DNA of 64,000 bases, from NCBI GenBank assembly GCA_051362555.1, contig CM120642.1, positions 15,810,001-15,874,000 of the forward strand, read 5' to 3'. Both the position numbers and the translations under genes were made by a program. Below the pieces are notes generated by a model that saw only the letters and a list, made by a program, of their open reading frames with translations, was not told where the DNA came from and did not search any database. Every line of letters starts with the position of its first letter. The stretch's first letter is position 1. This document shows positions 1 to 12,102 of this stretch, one piece after another. The stretch is from Lingula anatina (lineage: Eukaryota > Animalia > Brachiopoda).

Positions 1-3000
1 ATATTGATTGGACCAAATGAAACCCGAGAATGTTTTTGTAACGTGATTTAAAATCACGTTTATAATGAGTGCAGGGTGGCACTGGGGTTCAAAAGTCGTC
101 TAAATGAAGTACGCCTATGATGCGGCAAAATCTAATCAGCGTATAAAGTGCTAATAACATATTCCATATTTATCAGTTCTATCTAAAAGAATTATCTAAA
201 AATACACTTGCAAACTGACAGGTAATCACACATCATATCATTCATGTTACTCAGATCCCATTATAATTGCTGTTGTGCAGTAATGGCCACTGACTCCTCA
301 CAAGGATATCATGCTATTAACAGTTCCAAACACGAGAAAACTGACAGAGTGAATTTTTTGGGATTGTCCTTGTCCTTCAGTGATTCCTTGGACCATTTGG
401 TTTATACCTGCGGCATAACCAAGCAGGCTTATGGATATTTTCCTTGTGACCTTTTGGTGACCTTTTGCAAAACGAGGCCATTTTGGCCACAGGTTCTGTT
501 GGAATCCTACCTTAAAGTTTGTTAATTAATCAATTATGGATACTACCAATTTCGTAGATAAAACGATATTAACGTGTTCTTACTGAACTGGAACTCATAA
601 TTACAACTGAAGCGCAGTTTGAAATGAAAACTTATTCCCCTATGTGGATAAAAACACTGCGATGCCCGGGTCTTCCTTTCATTCATTTCATATTGAGTTT
701 AAGTGCAGGTTTCGCGGAATGATTAACTGCTTTGAGGAAGTATGTGCTCTGAACAGACATAACAACTCCTTAAGATATTGGTAACATGGGCACATAACGA
801 GATTTAATAATACTTTACGGAATCGTGAATTCCCCATAGTTAGTGGAATATTATTTTTTTACGTTTCTGAGAAAGGAATTTGTCAAATAATGTAAGATAA
901 ACTAATGTAAACTATACGAAAAATGATAAAATAAAGATTCTGAAAGCAGATGTCAAAACTTTTGAATTGCAAGTTCAGTGAAAGTTGTATTTGTGTTGAA
1001 ACTCGAACAGTTGTGACGGAGGGTCTCAAGTTAATAATGCAACTGAATGATTTGTTAAACTCTTGTACATTAAGGTAGTAAAAGCAAAATGATATTCTCT
1101 TTTGGTTCATGCTGAAATAATAAAAAAACACTGAAATTAAAATATTTATGTAGCTTTGAAAAATATTTTAAAACTCAAGATTTAATGAAAAACATTGTTC
1201 GTATTTTGGCACCTAATGTTTGCTGGTGCATCTGGTATCAAATGCGTAACAAATGATACCATCCTACTAATCTGACAGTGTTTTCAGTTTAATCATGAAA
1301 AGGGATTTATTAAAATCGATTTCCAGGACTCACCTTTTCGTTGCAAAGTCACCAAACAATTACACCGATAAGACCGGGTTGTAAACGTAAGTTTGACTAT
1401 TTGAATTCCGTTAAGTTGAGCTCTCAAACGACTGTTCAAATACGTATCTTGTATAACTGAAGACAATTCAAGTCTAAGAACTTGTTCAGACCGTGATTAG
1501 TTTCTTTCATCTCTTCAGTATGGTTGTTAAGTGCTTGTTTTAGGCCGATGTAACGATAATTCCATTAAGTACCCATACGTTTGAAGTTGCGTCAAAAGTA
1601 AGGAAATGACAGAAGCACCGGTCAAATAAGGCATTACGAAAGCTGACGCCACGTCATCACATATCCCATGATATGTTAGAGTGATATTATATGAACACTT
1701 TTACGTTACACACAAAAGTAGTTCAAATGCGACACGGGTCAAATAAATGAATTCAATTTTGTTGTAGCTATACTTTCACTTGTGCAGTTGGGACTGTAAA
1801 CTTGGTTTGTGAGTGCATTTCTTCAACAGAACATGCAGAGAGTATGCGGTTCTACTGATGGACGTTATGTCAACTTTTCTCTTGTTTATGCATATATAAC
1901 CTTGTGACAACACACAATTTCCTGTTTTTTTTCTGTTACATTTGATGTGTAGTGAGATTCTTTCAACAGTGGTTAATGCTTTGGTTGTTCTTGATTCTAA
2001 ACTTTCTGTTTATGCCATATCTTGGTATTCGAGAAATTGTCCAAAGAATCTATTTGCATGTAGAATATATGTAAACTTACCGCATTTTGGACACGAGGAA
2101 TATTACACTCACCTTTAAAAGATATTCCAACACCAACATATAAATAACAACAAAAGTTGTTAGCTATATCTGTTTTGTACATGCTTTCATGAGTGTATGT
2201 AAGAGCATGAGACTGTGCGTATGTTACCTGTATGCATATGTTTGTGCTTATTTTACTTTATATGTGAGTATGTGCCCGCAGGTGTGTGCATAAAGACGTA
2301 ATTCCCAGCCCCCGTTTTGATGTCGACAGAGTGTCATCACCCACTCTAGACAATAGTTAATCACCCAAAATACTTATAAAGATTAAAGACGCGCCTTCGC
2401 TTTTTGATTATATTCCTATTTACACATTTCTAAAAATAAAGAACTTGAAATTTTCTCTCTGTGTCTAAGTACATATCAAGATTAATGTACCGGACTACGA
2501 TGTAAACCTATTTCGCCTCCAAATACAATTTATAGTCTCTAGGCACGCTTGCGTGATTACAGAGGTCAAAGTCAGAGTCAACACAGAGAACATTATGAGC
2601 TAGTTATAATCCGTCAAGTGCATTCTGTAATGAACTGCTGCAATTCAATTTGTCAAAAGACCATTTCAGTTTGACGGACAATGCCATTCATTCATATCTT
2701 GTTAAAATAGTCAATAGTTGTAACGCATTCGTTTTGTATTCTATCACACAGAAGGCATAATCCACCACTCATGGCTTTATTGCTCTCCCGAAATAAGTGA
2801 GATGCTCTTTTTTGTATAATGACGTACATTAAGCGGATCCAATTAAGTGATTTGTTTGTGGAAGGCGTTATTGCAAATAAAGACAATTAAGACAGATTTC
2901 CCATACGGAGCTACTAATTGATTTGGCTTTTCTAGATATAATTTAACTTTCTAGGCTCCAGGAAATATGAAGTTGCTAATAACAGGCGAGATCGTCTCGG

Positions 3001-6000
3001 GACCATTTGATTATTTGGCATCTGTGCAATATGCCATTACAACAGAATTTTTTGCGAATATTATTTATTGCATTTACTAATATATGACTCGCAGCTTCAG
3101 TAATGCACTTCTCAAAGCTGCATTCTGAAATGAACAATATTTTAAGAGCTCAGGCCGCCTATCCAAAGTTGATCGTACGCTTTCAGGCATATAGAGCGAC
3201 TGCCATTTTTACACTCCCCCTGAGTACTACAGCGAAATAAACGACAGCTTTATCTAACGGCTGTCTTGAATTCCATGGTTGTAGTATCACCCAGGGACCA
3301 AGATTGTGATATGTTTAAGTCTAGGAGTGTCATTCCCGGCTAACCAAACGTTCCAAATATCTATAAACGAATGTAGCATCTCGATTTGTCATCTTAAATG
3401 TCAAATCGTCATCTTTTGGAGGAGCACGTCATTGGCATTTGTTTCACCAACGGCCAGGTCCAAGTTGCCATTTGGAGTTCCCGCCAACACAAAATTGAAA
3501 AATTGGGAGTTTCCATTGGGCACAGAGACAGGAGTGACAGGCTGTTCCGGTCCTGCGTAACGTATGATGACGTAACATTTATAACTGTCCTTCAAGCTGA
3601 GTAATTTTTAGACTTGGCGGAGTCTAAAACTCTTGCAGGTCAGACAAAAAAACGAAAAAGATATTTTAATACGATTCCTATATAAACAAGTAATTGATAC
3701 ATCATAGCAATTGTGTTGTTGTGAGACGATTGAACTTTGAATTGAATTACCAACCTTCTGGAACTCGTATGCTTTTCCACGTGGTTCTCCACCATTGACA
3801 TTCAGTGCTTATCTCCCTTGTGATGATTAACACAACAAAGTCTTCTTCATTTGTTATTCTAAGGTGTTGCTTTGTTTGTATCAGGAAATTAGTCGTTGGC
3901 ATAACATAAGACAGAGATAAATGGACATTTCTATTAATTGGCGTTTGATTCCAACGACCACGCGTAGCCACGAGTTTCTCCAACCTATATAAAGGACGGT
4001 TTGGCAGCGTGTAACTCATGTATTGACTATCCTCTAGTATGAGATATATTTATTCATTCATTCGGCGAATTAGTTGAAAGTTTGTCCCAGGAGTAATCAT
4101 AATTCTAAAAAAGGTGAGTTAACGCCCATTCTTCATGTTAAAGGATAGTATTTAGGTTGAGACACAGCAAACGGAATCAGAAGTTGAACGGCCGCCACGA
4201 CTCTAATTGAGACTGTGTAAGAAATATTACGAGGTTCGAAAAATTATGTGCAGCGGTGAGTTCTTTTATGAATGGTTTTTGTACACGGATAGGTAAATGT
4301 ATTTTATCAGTGATGTTGCTTTTAACGTATTTTCATCTGTATATTCAACTAATGATACCTTCCGCCGTCTTTGCTTGATGTTAAGTGAACCCTTAACTGA
4401 TGATACTAGAACATTTTGGCTTAATTCATCAAACAGATATAAGCAGTATGCCTTGCTTTTGGTTTTGCACATAACTTTTATTTTACTTTGGATAACTTAA
4501 ATTGATAACTTTAAGAAAGGTTCATTCACCTTGGTTTGTCATTCTTGTTACTTTTTGTAAACACGTTACTTATTGGCAGTGTTTGGTAAGCAGTGCTCAG
4601 TTAATCCCGAAATATGGAAACATTTCTTGGGCAGAAATGTTTTCTTGGACAGAAATGTTTTCACAGACTGGTATCTGATTTGTTTGAGAGAAGAGCAGGC
4701 GTCGCTTCGGTTTTGCCGTTTGACACTCAATTAGGTAAAAAACCTACATAAACCCATTAAACAAAATCATTTAGTTTAAGATAAGAATAAGACCTGAGAA
4801 GACCCTGTCTAAAACCAGATTCCAACTCAATTAAAATCAAGGTAGAAGCCTGTGTTTTAGTGTGGACGTGTTTAGGGTTTTGCAATTAACATCTGTTGTA
4901 TACAGAAAAACAAAACCGTGGAAAGTCTGCATTGCATCCAATATATGAAAATGATTTTTAAAACTTTTTACCGGCATTTACTTGCTACTTTAAAAGCTAC
5001 ATATTAGTATGTACAAAAACTTTCTCCAACCATTACGTTTATTGATTTTCAGCAGTTGTATTCATATATCATCAACGACATTGCACATTTCCACACATAC
5101 TGCAAATTAAACGGCATCGTGATGAGTATTTTACGAGTTAATACTTTTATTTTTATTACTCATGCAGTGAAAAATCAAACTAACATAAAAAGCTAAGTAC
5201 AAAATCATAAAATTAACGACAAGCTTGTGTAAAGAAAGATAAGAAGACACGCTTTTTACTTGCGCGAACTTTATTTAAATCTGGATCTTACAGTTACGTC
5301 TCAAGATAGATTGGCACTTATTACTGGCGAGATTGATCAATGTTAACATCATCAAAAGAAACCCTCTGATAATAAGTGAGAGAAAAAGATCTACTTGTTT
5401 CCTTTCCTGTCTGTTATGTATCTGAATGTTAAATGCTGTTCATTTTATAGATGCCATATCCTAATACTCGATGTTTATTTCATGTTCATCTGTGGGTTGA
5501 TGGATAATTTTTTTTCACATTTGGGGGTTCTTTTTACAAACGTTTATTGGTTGTCTACATGTCTATCTCTCTTTACTGATACAAATGGGTTTCTAATTAA
5601 GAGTGAGACAGGCGGATCTTCGATTACTTCACGTCAAAGTCACTTAAAGTTGTACAGAGGATACTTCAACTATTTCACTTATTTCAAATATGATCGTTCT
5701 ATTTTTGTGAAAATGAGTGTTTTTGTGTCCTTACTTTGACACGTTAGTTTTAGCAAAACAAAACTAATGATAGCTCGGACCTACTAAGCCAAAAGCATGA
5801 TTGTTTTTCCTTCCCACCAACCGCCCGATATAAAAAAATCGGCAAAGTGAAAGAATTTATATAATTCATTGTTTCCTACTTATTATTTCTATGGTTGGTA
5901 CTGTATGAACTATATCTCCGAACCACTTGCTTTATGTGATGTCCGTCCAGCAATCTTGTAATATGTGGTTTTGGCTTTAAGAAGAGCAAGCGCATAAATA

Positions 6001-6453
6001 ATTCTATTACTATGGGACTACAATTACGTTATACGCCTATAACTCGTGTTATTTATTGCCAACACCATCCACAAAGTAAGTACATTTTGTCAGCAGGTTT
6101 GAAATAATATCAACGGTACACTAGTTAAGGCATAACAAATCGTGTCAAACAACCAAACCTATGTATTTGCTTCACTGTAAAATGACTTACCATTACGAAA
6201 CTATTGTGGTTTTGTCTGTTCTGCGTGAGAATGATAAAAAAGGACACTTTAAAATAAGTGCATCTAAACTGCAGCTCGTTAATTTGAACTTCCCGGTCTT
6301 TTAAAAAGGATAAAATGTAATTGTGCGCATGAATGAAATGATTTGCCAATGAAATATTAACACATACACGCAAGTAGAGATTCCCTTCTCATGCTTTGTC
6401 TATTGATGCGCTGCCTTCTAACTTAACTCATTTGTCTGTTTGCAGGCAAGAAA

Positions 6454-7959
6454 ATGGTGTGCTTGCAGTTATTTCTGCTCTTGGTCGTATCAAGCGTCAC
6501 AGACTCATACGAGCAATCATCCTCGATCGACAACGGTCCTTTGAAAGAGGACCCTGATGGTTCCACGTATGACATTTTTGAGAGTTTAGATGACTCCAAT
6601 ATGAATCCTGCACTCCTCAAGCCTAAAGATGGAGCCGATACGTTCTTTTTCAAAATCAAACGTTATTGTTCATGGTGCTTAAGGCAAACCCCGCCCTGTA
6701 GTGACGCTTGGAAATGTATGAGGTATATGGAGGCCATGAAATGGAAACGCTGTATCCCCTGTCCTTCTACCTTACCTGGTATACAGTGCGACCCATCTTG
6801 CCAGGACACCGACACCTTTAAACTCCCCGACAAACATTCTGTGTATGAAAACAGCGGAGCACCTGCACCCGACATTGCTCATTGCTGGAACAATTGCTCA
6901 GCAACAGATGGTCGCATTGGATGTCTCTATTTGTGCTTGGCTCACCAGGAAATATTTAACGAAATACAGGAAGCCCTTTTACAGAGTGATGAGAACGATA
7001 TGATGGATGATAAAAATGAACAAAAACCTTTAGACAGAAGCGACAAAAAGCGAGGATTCCCCGTATTTAGTGGTAAACGTGGATTCCCCGTGTTTAGTGG
7101 TAAGCGCGGGTTTCCTGTGTTTAGTGGAAAACGAGGATTTCCCGTATTTAGCGGTAAACGAGGATTCCCTATGTTTAACGGTAAGCGTGGATTCCCCATG
7201 TTTAGTGGCAAGAGAGGATTCCCTGTGTTTAGTGGTAAACGAGGCTTTCCCGTATTTAGCGGTAAACGAGGATTCCCCATGTTTAGTGGTAAAAGGGGAT
7301 TCCCTATGTTTAGTGGGAAAAGAGGGTTTCCCGTATTTAGCGGTAAACGAGGATTCCCTATTTTTGGCGGAAAGCGAGGATTTCCCATGTTTTCAGCAGC
7401 TGGAAAACGCAGCTTCACACCCTTTGTAAACGAAAAAGGTATGGAATTGGACAAACGAGGATTTCCAATATTTTCAGCAGCTGGAAAACGCAGCTTTCCA
7501 CTCTTTTTGAACGAAGATGGTGTGGAACTGGACAAACGAGGATTCCCGATATTTCAGAAGATAAAGCGTGGATTCCCCGTATTTCTCCATAGGCGGTCAC
7601 TCAACGAGGAGAACAAGGACCAAAAACAGTTCTTATCAAACGAATCAAGAGAAATCGAAATGGTCGATACGGACCAGTCAACGAAAAACGCTGCACCTAC
7701 ACAGAATATGTCTTATGATGACAGCGAACCACTGAGCACGTTAAAGCGTGGTTTTCCAATCTCTCAGTTGGTACTCCATCACCGAGGTGTAGGCAGGATG
7801 AACAAGGTCACTTTGCCAAAACCCAACATTGCCTTGTCCACCATTAAAGGATGTCTTGATGTTTGTAAGGCTACCTCTTCTGCTGTCTTTTGGTTAAAAA
7901 ATAAAGTGGACTGTACTAGTATATGTTCACTACACGGCAGTCTCACGTACCGGAAATGA
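6454..7959 (+). CDS. Secreted neuropeptide precursor (501 aa) with tandem GFPxF(S/N/G)-amide peptides and Cys-rich modules; PxFVamide/MIP-like
   Basis: Hydrophobic N-terminal signal peptide (MVCLQLFLLLVVSSVTDS). Twelve tandem KR-flanked copies of GFP[VMI]F[SNG]G at 7054-7377, i.e. Gly amide donor plus dibasic cleavage site, followed by further KR-flanked variants. A 3' splice acceptor (tttgtctgtttgcag, ending 6445) lies 8 nt before the ATG, implying an upstream non-coding exon. Confidence is for the precursor call; the family assignment is tentative. Confidence 0.93.
   Translation: MVCLQLFLLLVVSSVTDSYEQSSSIDNGPLKEDPDGSTYDIFESLDDSNMNPALLKPKDGADTFFFKIKRYCSWCLRQTPPCSDAWKCMRYMEAMKWKRCIPCPSTLPGIQCDPSCQDTDTFKLPDKHSVYENSGAPAPDIAHCWNNCSATDGRIGCLYLCLAHQEIFNEIQEALLQSDENDMMDDKNEQKPLDRSDKKRGFPVFSGKRGFPVFSGKRGFPVFSGKRGFPVFSGKRGFPMFNGKRGFPMFSGKRGFPVFSGKRGFPVFSGKRGFPMFSGKRGFPMFSGKRGFPVFSGKRGFPIFGGKRGFPMFSAAGKRSFTPFVNEKGMELDKRGFPIFSAAGKRSFPLFLNEDGVELDKRGFPIFQKIKRGFPVFLHRRSLNEENKDQKQFLSNESREIEMVDTDQSTKNAAPTQNMSYDDSEPLSTLKRGFPISQLVLHHRGVGRMNKVTLPKPNIALSTIKGCLDVCKATSSAVFWLKNKVDCTSICSLHGSLTYRK
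7054..7377 (+). repeat. Coding tandem repeat, 12 x 27 bp (GFPxFxG-KR)
   Basis: 27-bp periodicity is visible directly; variation between copies falls mostly at synonymous third positions. Confidence 0.95.
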
Positions 7960-10900
7960 TATTTCGGGGTAGACACTAGAGCCTCTGGATCTTGATATTT
8001 CATCCTCTTGCGAACAAGTCAGCAATAGAGAATATAAAGCACTTATTTGTTTGCACACAAGGGCAGTATTATTATTTACAGTAATTTTAATTTGCTGGCG
8101 TGCATTTGCCGTGGTCTATATTAGACGAACACTGGTATCGAGGAATGAAAACCAGGCAAAACGCATTGTGCCGTTTAATTGTGTCATATGGGTTCAAATA
8201 TCATGTACAGTATGCTAAAGCAGTCCTTGTAACACATCATCAGCACAAACTGTCTTCTGTATAGTAAAGAATCCCTCTAACTTCGGGTGGATTTTTATTC
8301 TCTAGGATGTGAAACATTATATTGCATTATCAGTTCGTTAAATGTGTCAGAAAGACTGACTCAGTTGTACTGTCCACATGGCTACGTGCTGACATCTGGC
8401 TATCAGACACTTTGCTATGAACATTATGAACAGAGTCAGAGCCTTATATTGGAAATTGAGAATTGTAAAAATGTAAGAAAATTGTAGATTCGACTTGAAA
8501 AATTGTAGTTTTACAACCGTTAAATATTTATGTATGATAACATTTACTACTATGTCGCAAAAGCTGCGCAAGTGAAATACCGCGATCCCAACCTTTCAGT
8601 GGTTCTAGACTGTGAAAAAAAGCAAAATAGTAATAAAAAATAACATGAACAAACTGTTGTTGTTATTGTTCTTATCTGATCCGATGCAGGAGCTAAATAC
8701 ATTCATCCAAAAACTGCAATTTTTACAAATGAGATTAAACCAGGTAAAGAATTCATGGTGTAGCTTTTGGCAAAAATTGACTAGAATTAGACTCCTCTGT
8801 GACAAGATGCATGTTTGCGTATTTCATTTCTAATTCACGTGTCGCAGCAAGGGGAATGGCTACAGATATCGTCATATTATAACTGTTTTAACTTCCTTAT
8901 CTGATTTTCTTTAACCATAATTACATCTGCATAGAACCTTGCATCATCTATTTAAAAATACGAGGACAATATACTCTTTAAAATATTCTAAACTAGGATT
9001 TCGCTCGAGAAAAAAATTCTCTTCATCACGAATCATTGCTCTACCTGTCCTACACTTGGATTCAATTGTCTTTTTGGTCAACCGTATGTTCTAAGTGATT
9101 CAAATTTCATTTAGACCGACATGTCTTCCTAACATTTTAGAAGGAAAAATCGACATCTGAAACTCTGTCACGTTTTAAGGACTAAATTGGTAATGTTCGG
9201 CAGCTTCGCACCATATTTAGACATAAAAAGACTTTGGAACATTCTTTATTCCCCATTCTTCCCTATTTTTGGTCCGATTTCGTATCTCTTGTTATTCAGT
9301 ATGGTGGTCTGATTGAAACATGGTTTCAAACATTGATGGATACGTCGATGTATTTGACGCATGTATGTTTGCACAAGACTTAAACTTACGTTGGATTTTA
9401 ATAAAGTTACAAAGCAGTTTTAGGACATCAGATCAAAACTGACGAAAATCAACCACAAACTTTAAATACTGATTCCCTTAAAAGAAAAAAATCGCGATAT
9501 CCCTGTAGGGGCTAGTTGGCTAAGTTAGACACTGGACTTGTAGAACCAACTGAGAATGAGTTCGAGCAACAAAACAGATTTTAGAACAAGTGCCAAGGAC
9601 TTAAGCTTCATATCAGCGTCATTATTAGCAATTATAATGCCAGATGGCTTGCAATTTGACAAAAACTACACCTGACGTCAGGGAGCCCAAATAGCCCCCG
9701 GTCTCCCCTTTCAACACACGGCTAAGTAAAAAGACTTTCCCTACAAACATCACAAAGTACATTACGCTTTTTGATTTTTGCCATTGAATAATTTAGTTTA
9801 ATTACCAAAAATAAAATACGCATATAAATAGCTGATAGGAGTCAGTACTTGAAAATGAAATGTTATGTTATCAAAATACCCCTCACTGGATATTGTCATT
9901 AAGAATACATGAAATGAAAGACAGACACCAAGACTGAAAATACACGATGCACTCTTTTTGTCTGGTATGAGATTCACAGTCAATAAACCATGGGCTCCTG
10001 TAATGTCTTGGACATTTATGTCCAAATAATCAAAGAAACGGAAAAAATCAGGAAATGGACAAAACAGTCACCGAGTCGTTTTCAATCCATCATTTACACG
10101 TACAATAGACTGGCAAAGTGTTTATTAGGTTGCAGTGTTTCAGTAACGTGTTACCTCTAACAAAAGGAATGAAATTTTCAACTTTGACGTGTTTTGAATG
10201 TATACGTAACAGCACACACGCTAGGGAATAGCAAGTATTCTTACGAGTCCGTATACGTATAGCATTAGAAAGTCTAGTTTAAAGTTTATTGTTGCATTAA
10301 CGCAAATGGGGTCGTAAGAACCCCGATAATTTGGATCAGCCAAATTTCACATTAAAATATTTAGTCAATTTAACCGTAGAGAATACGTCTTTTGTCTCTT
10401 CTTTAAAATACAGAAATCGGGAGAAACTCCTTGACGTTACCCACAGACATGCAGGAAACCGCTTGTTACGCAGCCCAAGAATATAAAGTGATACATTTGA
10501 GTTCAGACCTGCACCCAAAGGCAGGCAATAAACAGGACAAGCCATCCCATGCTAAGAGGGTCCAGCCCACTTCCCTGTTACCAGCCCAGCAGAAAAAGTA
10601 CCCCCAAAAACTTTTAGAGATGGCCACGGTTATTGAACTTCACTGCTGCTTATGGGACACAGATGATTGCACTTTGAGTTATTTTTCATTAATCTACATA
10701 CTACGCACTTCAGTTATTAAGAAACCTTTTCTGTGATATTCATCGCCCGCAAAAGCCCACGCAGAACCATTATCAAATCGGATGTTATTGCAATTTCTCT
10801 CAAACTCACAGAATTAAATTTCGTTATGTAGCCAATTCCTCGTGTTGGGAATACTTAGCGTAGTTAAAATGTAAATGACATTCGTCGCACGAGGTACTCA

Positions 10901-12051
10901 GAAGACACGCTTCATCAGATAAACACAAAGATGTAAAAAAAAACCTGAAGGGGATTATATAAGACATTCCCATTTGACAGTTTTACTGTTCGACAAACCT
11001 CAGATTTGTGATCAGTTTCCAAACCCGGCGAAACAAGAATGTAATTGCAGACACTACATTTTTTACTCCCTATCAGATGCCAGCAGATAAGATGACGCCA
11101 ATATTGTGCAAAATTTCTTCACGGTGTAAAAATGCATACAGCTAGCGAATAGTAAGATTAAAATATCTGTAAATATCAAGTGAAAAAAATCTCTGTGTGT
11201 CTCTCGAGGGTATCCAAATTCCACGCTGGCGTATTTGAGTTGGCAAGAGGATAAAGGATACATTTGAATGTCAAAATAACAATAGAATCATTTTCTTACC
11301 AAGGGGAGTTCGGAGGGCTTCATGTGAGCTTAGCCACTACTCTGCTGGGCATTATCTGTCGTCTTGTTTGGGTTTCGTGTTTCACAGAAACGTAAGCAGT
11401 ATACTTCACGAGGAATCATCTCGGCACACACATTTATTAGCACGCCTCGCCGTTTCGGATAATCATTTTCTGGTTCAGTACACTGGCATTCGCATTTATC
11501 ACACATACTCGGAAGAAAAGCGTTAATCTCGGCCAAGTATGATAATTGTTTACCGAACGGTTCGCCATTGCTTGCAATTGCGAGGTAATAGGTAAAATGG
11601 AAACAGTTTCCTAGTCTGTGCCTCAAGAGCCTGTGGGCAATGAAGTCTGTTTTTCTCATGATTTTTGCGAGCTCGGGCCTCGTGTGTTTTTCACACCACA
11701 ACAGCAACGGTGTAATTTAGATGAAGTAGTGTTCTTACTTACCGGGAATGACACTGGGAAAAATATTACATTGCACAACTCGCGCAGTCTCTAGCTTCAC
11801 CTTTTTTTTATACAGAGCAGTGAAAATAAATCACCTTTTATAACGTTTTGATATGATTCGATTTCCAGAAACATTGTCTTCAACTAAAAAATTAAGGTAT
11901 ACATAAATTTGACAATCAGCATCAAATTGAATCATGTATTAGACAATAAATGTTATTTTGGCCCAGCCAGTCTTACATTACGTTCTTTAAATACACGAAT
12001 GGAGGGAGATTGGACGTCTTTGTCTGTTGGTAAACCTGACGTCTCCTTCTG

Positions 12052-12052
<1 letters not shown>

Positions 12053-12099
<47 letters not shown>
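12053..12099. repeat. (TA)n microsatellite
   Basis: Perfect TA run. Confidence 0.97.

Positions 12100-12102
<3 letters not shown>

Noticed and set aside
40-60. Perfect short hairpin AACGTGATTT-A-AAATCACGTT
   Set aside because: It is an isolated 10-bp stem at the window edge with no supporting context.
7054-7377. 27-bp repeats as a CRISPR-like array
   Set aside because: The repeats are contiguous with no unique spacers, they are protein-coding, the context is eukaryotic, and there are no cas genes.
6942-7535. 197-aa minus-strand ORF with LPLNTGNPR repeats, and the overlapping 7070-7429 plus-frame ORF
   Set aside because: These are shadow frames of the neuropeptide repeat. Only the 6454 frame has a signal peptide, KR/G processing sites and synonymous-site variation.
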